Of a stretch of 64,000 bases of DNA, positions 49,575-58,248 are shown piece by piece (position 1 is the stretch's first letter; each line of letters opens with the position of its first letter). Source of the stretch: Candidatus Latescibacterota bacterium. GTDB taxonomy: Bacteria; Latescibacterota; UBA2968; UBA8231. The notes beneath the pieces are model-generated. The model ran no database searches. It had not been told where the DNA came from and was given only the letters and a program-made list of their open reading frames with translations. The DNA is taken from NCBI GenBank assembly GCA_965242865.1, contig CBDETK010000013.1, positions 2,304,001 through 2,368,000 of the forward strand. Direction: 5' to 3'. A program made the translations under genes and the position numbers.

Positions 49575-52500
49575 TTAAGCGTCAATCCGCGTCTTCTTGC
49601 CCCCGTGGACGCTTGGCTCGGCGCACCATTGGTTGCGTAAAACGGCGAGCGGTTCGAGGGCCGATTCGGGAAGGCGAAGCAATTCCACTAAGACGGCGCG
49701 GTCGAGGGCTTGGCGAGCGTCGTCCCGATACGCCTCGTTAGCTGGCAGGAACTCTTTTTCCTTGAATTGCTCGAAGATGGCCTCGGCTTGGGCTAGCTGC
49801 TCTTGGCTGAGGGAGCGCGGGTCCAAGACCGTCAGGCGGGGCAGTTGGGTGATCGTCAGACACGCGCGGCCCTGCTGCTGGCGGGTCCCGACCCACCAGA
49901 AGGCGAGGAGGCCCAGCGTCGTGTTGGACCACAAGACGAGAGGTACGCTCCACTCGTCTTGAGCCGGGAGAAAATTCGGCCATGCCCTGCCGCCGATGGA
50001 TTTGGCCGGCGTGAGGCAAGCGGTGAGGCTTTGCGAGTTGATGCGAAAATCGAGAGTGAAGTGTAACCGCGAGGCCGTCGCCTTCCAGACGGATACAGCG
50101 TGATCGTTGCAGCCGGGGCGCACTTCCCCTTCGCTATCGGGCGGGACGATGAGACCCCGTTCGCGCTCGGCGTCGTGTCCCCACAGCACCGGATACTCCG
50201 GTACTCCTTGAATGGGGATGATTTCAAACGGGCCGCGCGGTACTCCGTTGCTGTTTTTCCCAGAAATGTCGCGGTGGAGCAATCCCTTCTCGCCAAGGTC
50301 CCCAAGACGAGTCGTCGCCAGCGGGGCGGCGTATCCCCGCGGCAGCCGGAGCGTTCCTTTTGCCAGACCGAGGGCAGCATCCGCCAGCGTCGTTTCGCGC
50401 AGAGACGCGCACCCTCCTTGATTCAGCGGTGCTCGGATGTACGTGCCAACCGTCTCGCTGTCGCCGATGCACAACCGACCCTGCCGAACTTGAGCCGGCA
50501 GCCGACGCACGGCCCGCGCCATCTCAAAGGCTTCCGCGATACTGCCCGGTCGGTAATAAAGATTGACGAACAGCGTTTCCCCGCTTTCCCCGTTTCCCGC
50601 CTCGCGCCGCTTGTTCGCCACGACGAGGACCTCGGCCATCCCGGTATCCGCCGAAAACGCCCGATCCGTATCTCCGTGTGCCGCAATGGTCAGCACCGCC
50701 ACGTCCTCGTACTCGCGATCCAACAAGTCCCGGAAATTCGCCCAAGACCCGCCGCTCACACCCGCCGCAGGCAACACCAGTGCGAGAACCCCGCGAGGCC
50801 GGAGCTTGACATGCGCCAGATCGACGAAGTTGGAAGCTAGTCCCGCGTTGCCGTGCCCGACCGGATCGGTCAACCGCTGCCGAATCTCGGCCAGCCGCTT
50901 GGACATAGCTTGTTGCTCGTCTTGGGTCGTGTTCAGTCCGGCAAACGACGGCACCGGCACCTCGGCCTTCTCGTGATTAGTGGGCCGCGTAAACGGCGGG
51001 TTCATAATCACCAGATCGGCCGTTTCGCGGGGCAGAACCATATCTTGGCTGCCCTCGGCTTCCACATCGGCCCCCGTGCCCTGCGCTCTGCGAATGCCCG
51101 TGCCAAACAGCGACGGGGCCACGTCGTCCTCAATCAAATCAAGCGCGCCCAACGCCATGGTATGTCGCTTTTCCGCGCTCTGCTGTCCGTAGGGCAACGT
51201 GTGGATGCGGGTGTGCCCAAAGGTCGTCCCCGGATGAGCACTCGACAGCATGGACGCGGTCAAGTGCGTGGCCGCTGGCATGATGTCGGCCGCGACGAGG
51301 GCGCGTTCCATCATTTGCCGATGCAGTTCCTGATCGTCGCCGCCGGTCCGCCGATAGCGCACCGCTAGCGCACGATACGCCGCCGAGAGCAACGCACCCG
51401 TGCCACAGGCTAAGTCCGCGACTTGGAGACTTGTGAAAGTATCCGGGTCGGACCAATCCGTGTCCGCGTCAAGCCGCGCCACCGCCAACTCCCCGAGCAG
51501 AGCCGCCGATGTCGGCAGGGTGTAAAACGTGGCGAGGAACTTGCGGTCGGCAATCAGCCGTTGGAACATCCGCCCGGAAAGATCGTGCAAGGTGGTCGCG
51601 CCCAAGCCTGCCAAATCGCTAGCCGCTTGCGCGAGGCGGTTGAGGACCGCATTGGCCGCGCCATCGGGAATGGGCCGCAGCAAATCGGAGGCAATGCGAA
51701 AGATCGGATAGTAGTTGATGTCGTCGAGGATGTGCTGCCAACAGTCAAGCAACCGGCTCTTGCTGACGTCGTTGCGCCCCGGAATCCGCAATGCGTCGAT
51801 AGTCGCAATCCCGTGTGCTTCGACAATAGCCGTGTGAAAAACGAGCGCGTTGGCGACGATAGCCATCGCCATGCGCGAGGTTTGCTCGCCATCCTCCTGA
51901 TGGAGGGATCGCGCCATATTCTCCAGCGCGTGCGTACCGGCCGTTTCGCGCAGCTTGCCAGCGGCCTCGCCAATGCTCTGCTCCAGAATCTGCGTCCCCT
52001 CGGCGAGCAGCCGCTCGGACAACGAGACGTTCTCAATGCAGCTAGCCAGATCGTCAACGCTGCCGACGAGCCAACCCGTGACCGGCCAACGCACAGCCGT
52101 ATCCGCTTCTTGCAGCGAATACGTGCAGTAGCCGAACTCGGCCGCCTCGATATGCCGCGTCAGGTCGTTCTGTGGCGCGTGGCTCAGTTCCTGCGGAATT
52201 CGGACCGCGATGGTCTGCTCGATCCGGTCGCCGTTGTACTGCAAGAACTGCCCTAAGCGAGCTTGGGCATCCGCTTCAACGCTGCGCGCCGGCACAAACT
52301 CCGTCTCCAAAATGACCGGAATGCCGCCCGGCGGACGAATGACAATGTCTGGCCGCAATGCTGTCTCGCGGAGGACGCCCAGTTGCTCGACGCCCGTGTG
52401 ATCGCGCCAGCGCGGATGCTTAGTCCGCAGCACATCCAACAGCCGGACGTTGAAGGCCATTTCGCTGGTTCGGGCTGTCTGAACATTCAATCGAACCCGC

Positions 52501-52922
52501 TGTGGCTTAGACGTTGCGATCTTCCTAGTCTGTTCGCTTCTCTTTTTTGCTCCTCCTCTTTTAGTGAGATCCTCCATCGATATGTTCAAGTGTCGATGAA
52601 GAGCTTTGGCTACATCTAACCTTAGCGGGTGCTTGCCTGATAGAATGTCGTCGATAGGGGCATCCACTACACCGTTTTGAGCCAGTAACGATTCCACATC
52701 CTTTGAGGTCAGCCCGGCTTGGTCCATAGCGAACTCAATGGCGACGAGCGGCTCTACATCAGACACCGGATAGCACTCACGCTCATAAGCTTCTACCAAC
52801 AGGAATAAGGCTTTTAATTCTTCCCCTTGCGGCGTACCTATAGGCGACCCCCATAGCTCATCAATACGGCCCATAGCCCGTTCGTGATCCGCTTCAGTGC
52901 GAATAGGATCTAAGCGGTGCAT
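49575..52922 (-). CDS. Type IIG/IIL-like fused restriction-modification enzyme with N-terminal HigA-like antitoxin domain
   Basis: IRTEADHERA..RIDELW...LVEAYE HigA pattern; RPDI...ILETE nuclease-like motif; ATFYT; DLACGTG; IMNPPF. Confidence 0.85.
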   Translation of the reverse strand: MHRLDPIRTEADHERAMGRIDELWGSPIGTPQGEELKALFLLVEAYERECYPVSDVEPLVAIEFAMDQAGLTSKDVESLLAQNGVVDAPIDDILSGKHPLRLDVAKALHRHLNISMEDLTKRGGAKKRSEQTRKIATSKPQRVRLNVQTARTSEMAFNVRLLDVLRTKHPRWRDHTGVEQLGVLRETALRPDIVIRPPGGIPVILETEFVPARSVEADAQARLGQFLQYNGDRIEQTIAVRIPQELSHAPQNDLTRHIEAAEFGYCTYSLQEADTAVRWPVTGWLVGSVDDLASCIENVSLSERLLAEGTQILEQSIGEAAGKLRETAGTHALENMARSLHQEDGEQTSRMAMAIVANALVFHTAIVEAHGIATIDALRIPGRNDVSKSRLLDCWQHILDDINYYPIFRIASDLLRPIPDGAANAVLNRLAQAASDLAGLGATTLHDLSGRMFQRLIADRKFLATFYTLPTSAALLGELAVARLDADTDWSDPDTFTSLQVADLACGTGALLSAAYRALAVRYRRTGGDDQELHRQMMERALVAADIMPAATHLTASMLSSAHPGTTFGHTRIHTLPYGQQSAEKRHTMALGALDLIEDDVAPSLFGTGIRRAQGTGADVEAEGSQDMVLPRETADLVIMNPPFTRPTNHEKAEVPVPSFAGLNTTQDEQQAMSKRLAEIRQRLTDPVGHGNAGLASNFVDLAHVKLRPRGVLALVLPAAGVSGGSWANFRDLLDREYEDVAVLTIAAHGDTDRAFSADTGMAEVLVVANKRREAGNGESGETLFVNLYYRPGSIAEAFEMARAVRRLPAQVRQGRLCIGDSETVGTYIRAPLNQGGCASLRETTLADAALGLAKGTLRLPRGYAAPLATTRLGDLGEKGLLHRDISGKNSNGVPRGPFEIIPIQGVPEYPVLWGHDAERERGLIVPPDSEGEVRPGCNDHAVSVWKATASRLHFTLDFRINSQSLTACLTPAKSIGGRAWPNFLPAQDEWSVPLVLWSNTTLGLLAFWWVGTRQQQGRACLTITQLPRLTVLDPRSLSQEQLAQAEAIFEQFKEKEFLPANEAYRDDARQALDRAVLVELLRLPESALEPLAVLRNQWCAEPSVHGGKKTRIDA

Positions 52923-52973
52923 GATTCATACCTTTCTCGCATCGGGGATGTTATCGTACTCTGCATGGGTTCC

Positions 52974-55613
52974 CTAATACGCCACCGTCACCGTGCGCAC
53001 CACCTCGGTCCGCTCCGCGCTCAATCCCCCGACGTCCACCGCCACCCGGAGCAACGCACAATAGACGCCCGGGGGAACGCGCCCCCCCTGATCGTCCGTG
53101 CCGTCCCAAGCGATCTCGTACTGGCCGGTGGTCGTCGTGCGCTGCTCGGCGAGTTGGCGCATCAGCCGGCCACTCAGGTCGTAGATGGCGACTTGTAGCG
53201 GGCCATCGTCGTCCAGACGCACGACCTTCAAGGCGAAAACCGCGCGGTCGTTGACCCCGTCGCCATTGGGCGTAAACGCCGGCGGGCGCACCTCCACGTC
53301 GAGCAGCAGCTCCTCGTGCGTGGGATCGCCCACCAGCGTCGTCGTATTGCCCGCCACCGCGTCGAGCGCGTTGCCCGGGTCCACCCGCTGCCAAGTGCCC
53401 TCGCCCCCGGCGCGGTGCTGCAAGGAGGCATGCAGCACCGCCCCGATGCCAAAGAGCGCGGTGCGAAAGTCGAGGCGCACGACCTCAATGCCCGCATTGG
53501 GCCGAATCGCGGCAAAAGACAGGCGCAAGCTGTCCGCGCCCGTGGGCACGACCTCGACGCCCTCGACCGCACGCTCGGCCCCGGCTCGGCCCGCGTACAG
53601 CCCGGCAAACCCGAGCGTCATATCGGCCGGCGCGACCAGCAGCAACTGATCGAAGCCCGGGTCGTGGCGGTTGAATTGCGGCCGCACATAGAGAGAAAAG
53701 GGGCGGTCCACGCCCAGCGAATCGACCCGGAACGGCGCGATCTCGCCGATGAGCCCCTCGGCCACCGGGCGGGTAAAATGCAGGCGAATCGAGCGCAGCG
53801 CGGCGCGGATGGCCGGGTCCTCAGACCGCAGCGTCGCCCGCACCTTGAGAAACTCGCGCGGGCTGGGCGAGGCAATCGCGCTGCCCGTTGGGTCCTCGTA
53901 GGGCTGGCTCCAGCCGCTCCAGTCGTCCCCTTCCACCTCCTCGGCGACGACCGGCCCCTTGAAGATGTCCAAGAGCGTCGGATTGTTGTATTCCCGCTCG
54001 GAAATCTCCGTGCCGTCCTTCTTGAAATAGTGCAGCACCTCGCTCAACTCATTGCCCGTACGCGTCTGGACCAGCACTCGGGTGCCCGGCGGAGCATCCG
54101 CGTCCCATGCTATCGACAGCAGGTTCCGCCGCCCGCCCAGCCGCACCAAGCCCGATTCGAGCCAGACCTCGGGCTGAAACCCCGCGCCGTAAAGCTGCAC
54201 TGAAGCGGGAAATCCCCGGTGCCCGCCGACGGGCACGATGATTTGCTCCCACACAATGCGAAAAAAGCGCGTCTTAATCAGCGCGAAATCGTGCCCCTCG
54301 TATTCCTTGCGCGTACTCGACTGCTGGCGGCTGGCCACGGTCGTCCACTTGAGGCTGCCGTCGGCATTGAGCGCGCCGTCCGAGGCGTCGAGCCGATAGG
54401 AGGGAAAGCTAAAGCGGTCGCGGATCGCCTGCCCGCCGTAGGCCATGCGAAAGGTGTCGATCCAGTACGTCGAACCGAGGTCAAAGCTCAGATGGCCTTC
54501 GGGGCCGGGAATGGTCTGGCGGTCAAAGGAGAAGATCAGATCGACGTACGTCTGCACGTTGCCGTCGATGGTCCGGCCCACCGGCAGCCCTTGCGAGGCA
54601 AAGACATCGCCGCCCCGAGCCAAGGCCGCGATCAGCGCGTCGTCGCCCTCGTGCCACACTTCGAGTTCGGCCAGCCGAGGCCGCTCCCAGCGATAGTACG
54701 CGATCCCGCCCTGCTGGCTGGCGGGCAACCGGGCGTAGTCGGCCGCGGCGATCTCGGTGCGGCGTCCGTCGCGCTGCTGCTTGTAATAGACGACCGCGCC
54801 CTGCTCGGCCACCGGCAACGCCTCGTACTCTGGTTGGCTGACCTCAAACCCGCGGTCGAAATCCGAGCCGCGCACCACCACCTGCACCAAGCGCACTCCA
54901 GTGCCAACAAATTCGTTCTGCGCCGCTGAAACAGCCGATGTCGGCGGGGCGTTGAGCGGCTGGTCCGACAGCTCCTGCTCTGCGGCGTCGGCGCGCTCGC
55001 CGAGGACAATTTCCAGCCGCCGCTCGGTCTTATTCGGCTTCAACGTGCGCCACACCACGTCGAACTCCGGCTCCTCCGACGCGATGAACTTCTCCGGCAC
55101 CTCGCCGTCGGAGATCAGCACATCGTACTGGAGGAAGGGATCGCCCAGCCCTTCTTCCACGAACTTGAGCACGATGCGCTTGGCGATTACCAGCCGCCCC
55201 AGATCGATGGTAAACCACCAGTGCAAGCCCAGCTCGGAAGCATCTGCGACCGGCTCGGGTTCCCAGTAGGTCGCCAAGTCCCCGTCGAGCACATTGAGCA
55301 CGTCGGGCGCGTTGGAACCCGCTTCAATGGCATCGGCGAGTTCAATGTCCTCGACAGCCTTGTCCCGCGCCAGATCTTCGGGCGGATGCAGGCGCAAGAA
55401 GTGGACGATGTCTTTGGTGGCGTCGATGTTGCGGCGCAGAGCAAACGGCGTCACCGCACCGCTGGGGTCGATCGTCAGCGTCCCCACCGGAAACTCCCAA
55501 GCCCGCCAGTGCGCGGCGCGGTCAATAACGAGCTGATCGGCAGTGAGCCGATACCCCCCTCCTTGGGCATAGCCCGCAGCAACCCACAGCAAAACAACAG
55601 CCATGTAGCGCAT
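52974..55613 (-). CDS. Secreted hypothetical protein with discoidin-like modules and FlgD/CHU_C-like C-terminal domain
   Basis: Signal peptide; LDGDLATYW, WFTIDLG; FTPNGDGVND...IYDLSGR...WDGTD...PPGVY. Confidence 0.75.
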   Translation of the reverse strand: MRYMAVVLLWVAAGYAQGGGYRLTADQLVIDRAAHWRAWEFPVGTLTIDPSGAVTPFALRRNIDATKDIVHFLRLHPPEDLARDKAVEDIELADAIEAGSNAPDVLNVLDGDLATYWEPEPVADASELGLHWWFTIDLGRLVIAKRIVLKFVEEGLGDPFLQYDVLISDGEVPEKFIASEEPEFDVVWRTLKPNKTERRLEIVLGERADAAEQELSDQPLNAPPTSAVSAAQNEFVGTGVRLVQVVVRGSDFDRGFEVSQPEYEALPVAEQGAVVYYKQQRDGRRTEIAAADYARLPASQQGGIAYYRWERPRLAELEVWHEGDDALIAALARGGDVFASQGLPVGRTIDGNVQTYVDLIFSFDRQTIPGPEGHLSFDLGSTYWIDTFRMAYGGQAIRDRFSFPSYRLDASDGALNADGSLKWTTVASRQQSSTRKEYEGHDFALIKTRFFRIVWEQIIVPVGGHRGFPASVQLYGAGFQPEVWLESGLVRLGGRRNLLSIAWDADAPPGTRVLVQTRTGNELSEVLHYFKKDGTEISEREYNNPTLLDIFKGPVVAEEVEGDDWSGWSQPYEDPTGSAIASPSPREFLKVRATLRSEDPAIRAALRSIRLHFTRPVAEGLIGEIAPFRVDSLGVDRPFSLYVRPQFNRHDPGFDQLLLVAPADMTLGFAGLYAGRAGAERAVEGVEVVPTGADSLRLSFAAIRPNAGIEVVRLDFRTALFGIGAVLHASLQHRAGGEGTWQRVDPGNALDAVAGNTTTLVGDPTHEELLLDVEVRPPAFTPNGDGVNDRAVFALKVVRLDDDGPLQVAIYDLSGRLMRQLAEQRTTTTGQYEIAWDGTDDQGGRVPPGVYCALLRVAVDVGGLSAERTEVVRTVTVAY

Positions 55614-55651
55614 ACCCTCTCCTCTCAGCAGCAGCTATACCTATACCTGTT

Positions 55652-55675
55652 GGGGACGGCCCCCGTGCCGTCCCC
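55652..55675. repeat. REP-like hairpin between the two FlgD-domain genes
   Basis: GGGGACGGC-ccccgt-GCCGTCCCC. Confidence 0.55.
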
Positions 55676-55694
55676 TGTCCCCCCCATCCGTCTC

Positions 55695-57626
55695 CTAGTA
55701 CACCAACCCAACAACCCGCGACCGCGTCTTAATCCCACCATCCGTCTCCACCTCAAGGCGCAGAACATACACCCCAGGCGCGACCAACCCCCCGGTCTCA
55801 TCCCGCCCATCCCACCCGGCGACAAACTGCCCGCTCTGGGCCGGGCCGCGGAAAACCTCGCCGCGCCGCCCCCCCTGCAAATCGTAGAGCACCACCGCGA
55901 CTTCGGCGTCACCGCTCACATTCAACAAGTCGTATTCAATCCGCACGGCGTCGTTGATCTGGTCGCCGTTGGGCGTGAACGCGGCCGGCACCAGCCGGAG
56001 CGCGCCGATCACCTGCCCGGCGATCTGGGTCAACCCCACGCTCAAGGTATTGCCCTCGACCCGCTCGACCACCTCGCCCGGGGTCACCGCTTGACGCACT
56101 TCCCGCGGCCTAGTGCTGTCGTGGACGCGACCGGCAAACAAGGTCCCGAACTTGAAAACCTCGCAGCGAAAGACCACTTCTATTAGCTCGCCATCGCGGG
56201 TCGGATCGATTCGCGGCACGCCAATCTCAAAGCCGCGCTCATCGAGCCGCCGCACTTCAAAGGCCACCTTTTCGCCGCTGTAGCGCACCGCGTCAATGCC
56301 CTCGGCCCGGGCCGGCGTGTCAATCTCAATGGCGTCGAAACCCAAGTCGTCGGCTGTTAGGCGCGGCAGCAGCATGTACGTGAACTCGGTTGCCGCGCCC
56401 GTCGGCGCCAAGATGGGCGCGATCTCGGCCAATACCACGGCGGCCATCGGCGGCCTAGACGCGGCGAACTGCACGAAGTTCAGGCGCCCGCCGGCCTCTA
56501 CCGTGGACTCGAAGTGGGCCCTGAGTTGCACGAATTGCCGCGGTCGCGTCCCCTGCATGGGGGCACTGCCCTGCGCCAAGTCGTAGGCCGCGCTCCAGCC
56601 TTCCCAGTGTTCCGTGTCGGGCGTGATGCCGGCCTGCTGAGCCCGCTCCAGCCGGTTGTACGACCGCAGCGTCAAAGGCCGCCCCCGGGCATCGAGTCGC
56701 GTCCGCTCGTCGCCGCGGAATGTGCTGCGCCAATAGGTGTTGGGATCGCCATCGTTGCCGGCGCGCATACTGAGCTCGATTTGCGCACCCGGATCGACTT
56801 GGCTACCCCAGCTTAGTTCGCCCAGCGCGGCCGGCCCGCCCAAATCGAGGACATTGGACACGTAGCGCGCCGTCGGCGTGAAGCCCTTGCCGTAAATCTC
56901 AAACTCGGCGATTTCCCAGATCCCTTGGGTGTTTTCCGGGGCTTCAAAGAGCATGCGGCGGATCGGCACTGGTGGCAGGTCCAGTTCGACCACCGAGGTG
57001 GTGTTCTCCGTGGCCCGATGCGCGATGTCAAAGTCGAAGAAGGAGCCGCGCGTCCCGGCCGAGTACTCGCGCGTACCTTCCTTGAGCGGGTCGCCGTCGC
57101 TGATGCCGATGATAAAGCGCTGGAGAAAACGCTCTTCCTCAAAGCGCGCCCGTGGATAGAACTTGACGCGCTCCACCGTGAAGTTGCCCCCGAACTCGAA
57201 AATTAGGCTCTTGTTGCGGACGCCAATGCCCGAGGTGGTCCAGTGCCCGTCGCCCAAGAAAACGGTCTCGACATCTTCGTCCCAGAGCACGGCTTCGGTG
57301 TCGCCGCTTCGTTCCCAGCCCCGCCAGACCAGCGTCTGCACCCGGCCTCCGCGCTCTTTGAGGCGCGGCGTCAGGTTGATCGATGGGTCCAGTTGCTCCG
57401 GTTCGATAAAGTCCGCCTCAATCGTCAGGGATTCGACCGCGCCGTGCTGGGCGGCTTCCACCGCCCCCCAATCGAGCTGCACAAATTCCACGCCCTCGGC
57501 CAGTTCCGGCCGCGGCAGCGACGCCCCGCCGATCCGATAAATCGTCAGCGCATCCGCGCCGCTAGTCAGCCAAGCGAGGGCGAGGATACAGATCGTTATC
57601 CGTTGATTTTCAAATGATCGCTTCAT
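55695..57626 (-). CDS. Secreted hypothetical protein, paralogous family, FlgD/CHU_C-like C-terminal domain
   Basis: Signal peptide (ADA/LTIYRIGG); FTPNGDQIND...YDLQG...WDGRD...APGVY; start uncertain (57626 or 57662). Confidence 0.75.
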   Translation of the reverse strand: MKRSFENQRITICILALAWLTSGADALTIYRIGGASLPRPELAEGVEFVQLDWGAVEAAQHGAVESLTIEADFIEPEQLDPSINLTPRLKERGGRVQTLVWRGWERSGDTEAVLWDEDVETVFLGDGHWTTSGIGVRNKSLIFEFGGNFTVERVKFYPRARFEEERFLQRFIIGISDGDPLKEGTREYSAGTRGSFFDFDIAHRATENTTSVVELDLPPVPIRRMLFEAPENTQGIWEIAEFEIYGKGFTPTARYVSNVLDLGGPAALGELSWGSQVDPGAQIELSMRAGNDGDPNTYWRSTFRGDERTRLDARGRPLTLRSYNRLERAQQAGITPDTEHWEGWSAAYDLAQGSAPMQGTRPRQFVQLRAHFESTVEAGGRLNFVQFAASRPPMAAVVLAEIAPILAPTGAATEFTYMLLPRLTADDLGFDAIEIDTPARAEGIDAVRYSGEKVAFEVRRLDERGFEIGVPRIDPTRDGELIEVVFRCEVFKFGTLFAGRVHDSTRPREVRQAVTPGEVVERVEGNTLSVGLTQIAGQVIGALRLVPAAFTPNGDQINDAVRIEYDLLNVSGDAEVAVVLYDLQGGRRGEVFRGPAQSGQFVAGWDGRDETGGLVAPGVYVLRLEVETDGGIKTRSRVVGLVY

Positions 57627-57666
57627 GCAGCGTATCGGTTGAGCCGACATACCATTCGCCATGTGC

Positions 57667-57912
57667 TCAATCGGCGGCGGGCGGCAAGTGCCGACTGGCG
57701 TTGAGGATCGTCAGACCGATCACTTGGCCTTGCTCGTAGCGGATGACCACGTCATCGTCGGTCAGTTCGCTGTCGTCGGCGTGGCTGGGCTTTTTGAAGT
57801 TCACGTACAACACGTCGGCTTCGGCGTCGTAGGAAGACCATAGACTCTGCTTGGGAGACTGCTTCACGACGGGAATCAGAGAAGCATATTGCTCAATCAT
57901 TATAGAGGCCAT
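57667..57912 (-). CDS. DUF2283-family protein
   Basis: YDAEADVLYVNF...DDVVIRY...VIGLTILNAS. Confidence 0.85.
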   Translation of the reverse strand: MASIMIEQYASLIPVVKQSPKQSLWSSYDAEADVLYVNFKKPSHADDSELTDDDVVIRYEQGQVIGLTILNASRHLPPAAD

Positions 57913-57914
57913 AT

Positions 57915-58169
57915 TTACATCTCGTCCCCAAGGCGCGGAGGCTCATCCCCTGCCGTTGCCAGCAGACGGTCAAAAGCCTCCAAATCGGCACCGGCAGCCC
58001 GATCTTGAAAGTAGCGGGCGGTCCGCAAGGCCGCTAGCTTCTCCGCTACGGCCACGTTGATAAACTGGTTTAGCGTCGTGCCCTCGGCTGCCGCCACTTT
58101 TTCGGCTTCGGATTTGAGCGAGGCGAGCAGATGGAGGGAATACGGGTCCGTGGTAGCCATGATCTTCAT
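57915..58169 (-). CDS. Ribbon-helix-helix/HicB-like antitoxin-type protein
   Basis: SLKSEAEKVAAAEGTTLNQFINVAVAEKLAAL. Confidence 0.8.
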   Translation of the reverse strand: MKIMATTDPYSLHLLASLKSEAEKVAAAEGTTLNQFINVAVAEKLAALRTARYFQDRAAGADLEAFDRLLATAGDEPPRLGDEM

Positions 58170-58248
58170 CCTTTCTTCAGCCGCCGCATGGCTTGTGCAG
58201 GCGTTAGAATCGGCATGTTAAATAGGGTGGAACCCGGCAAGACCTGCC

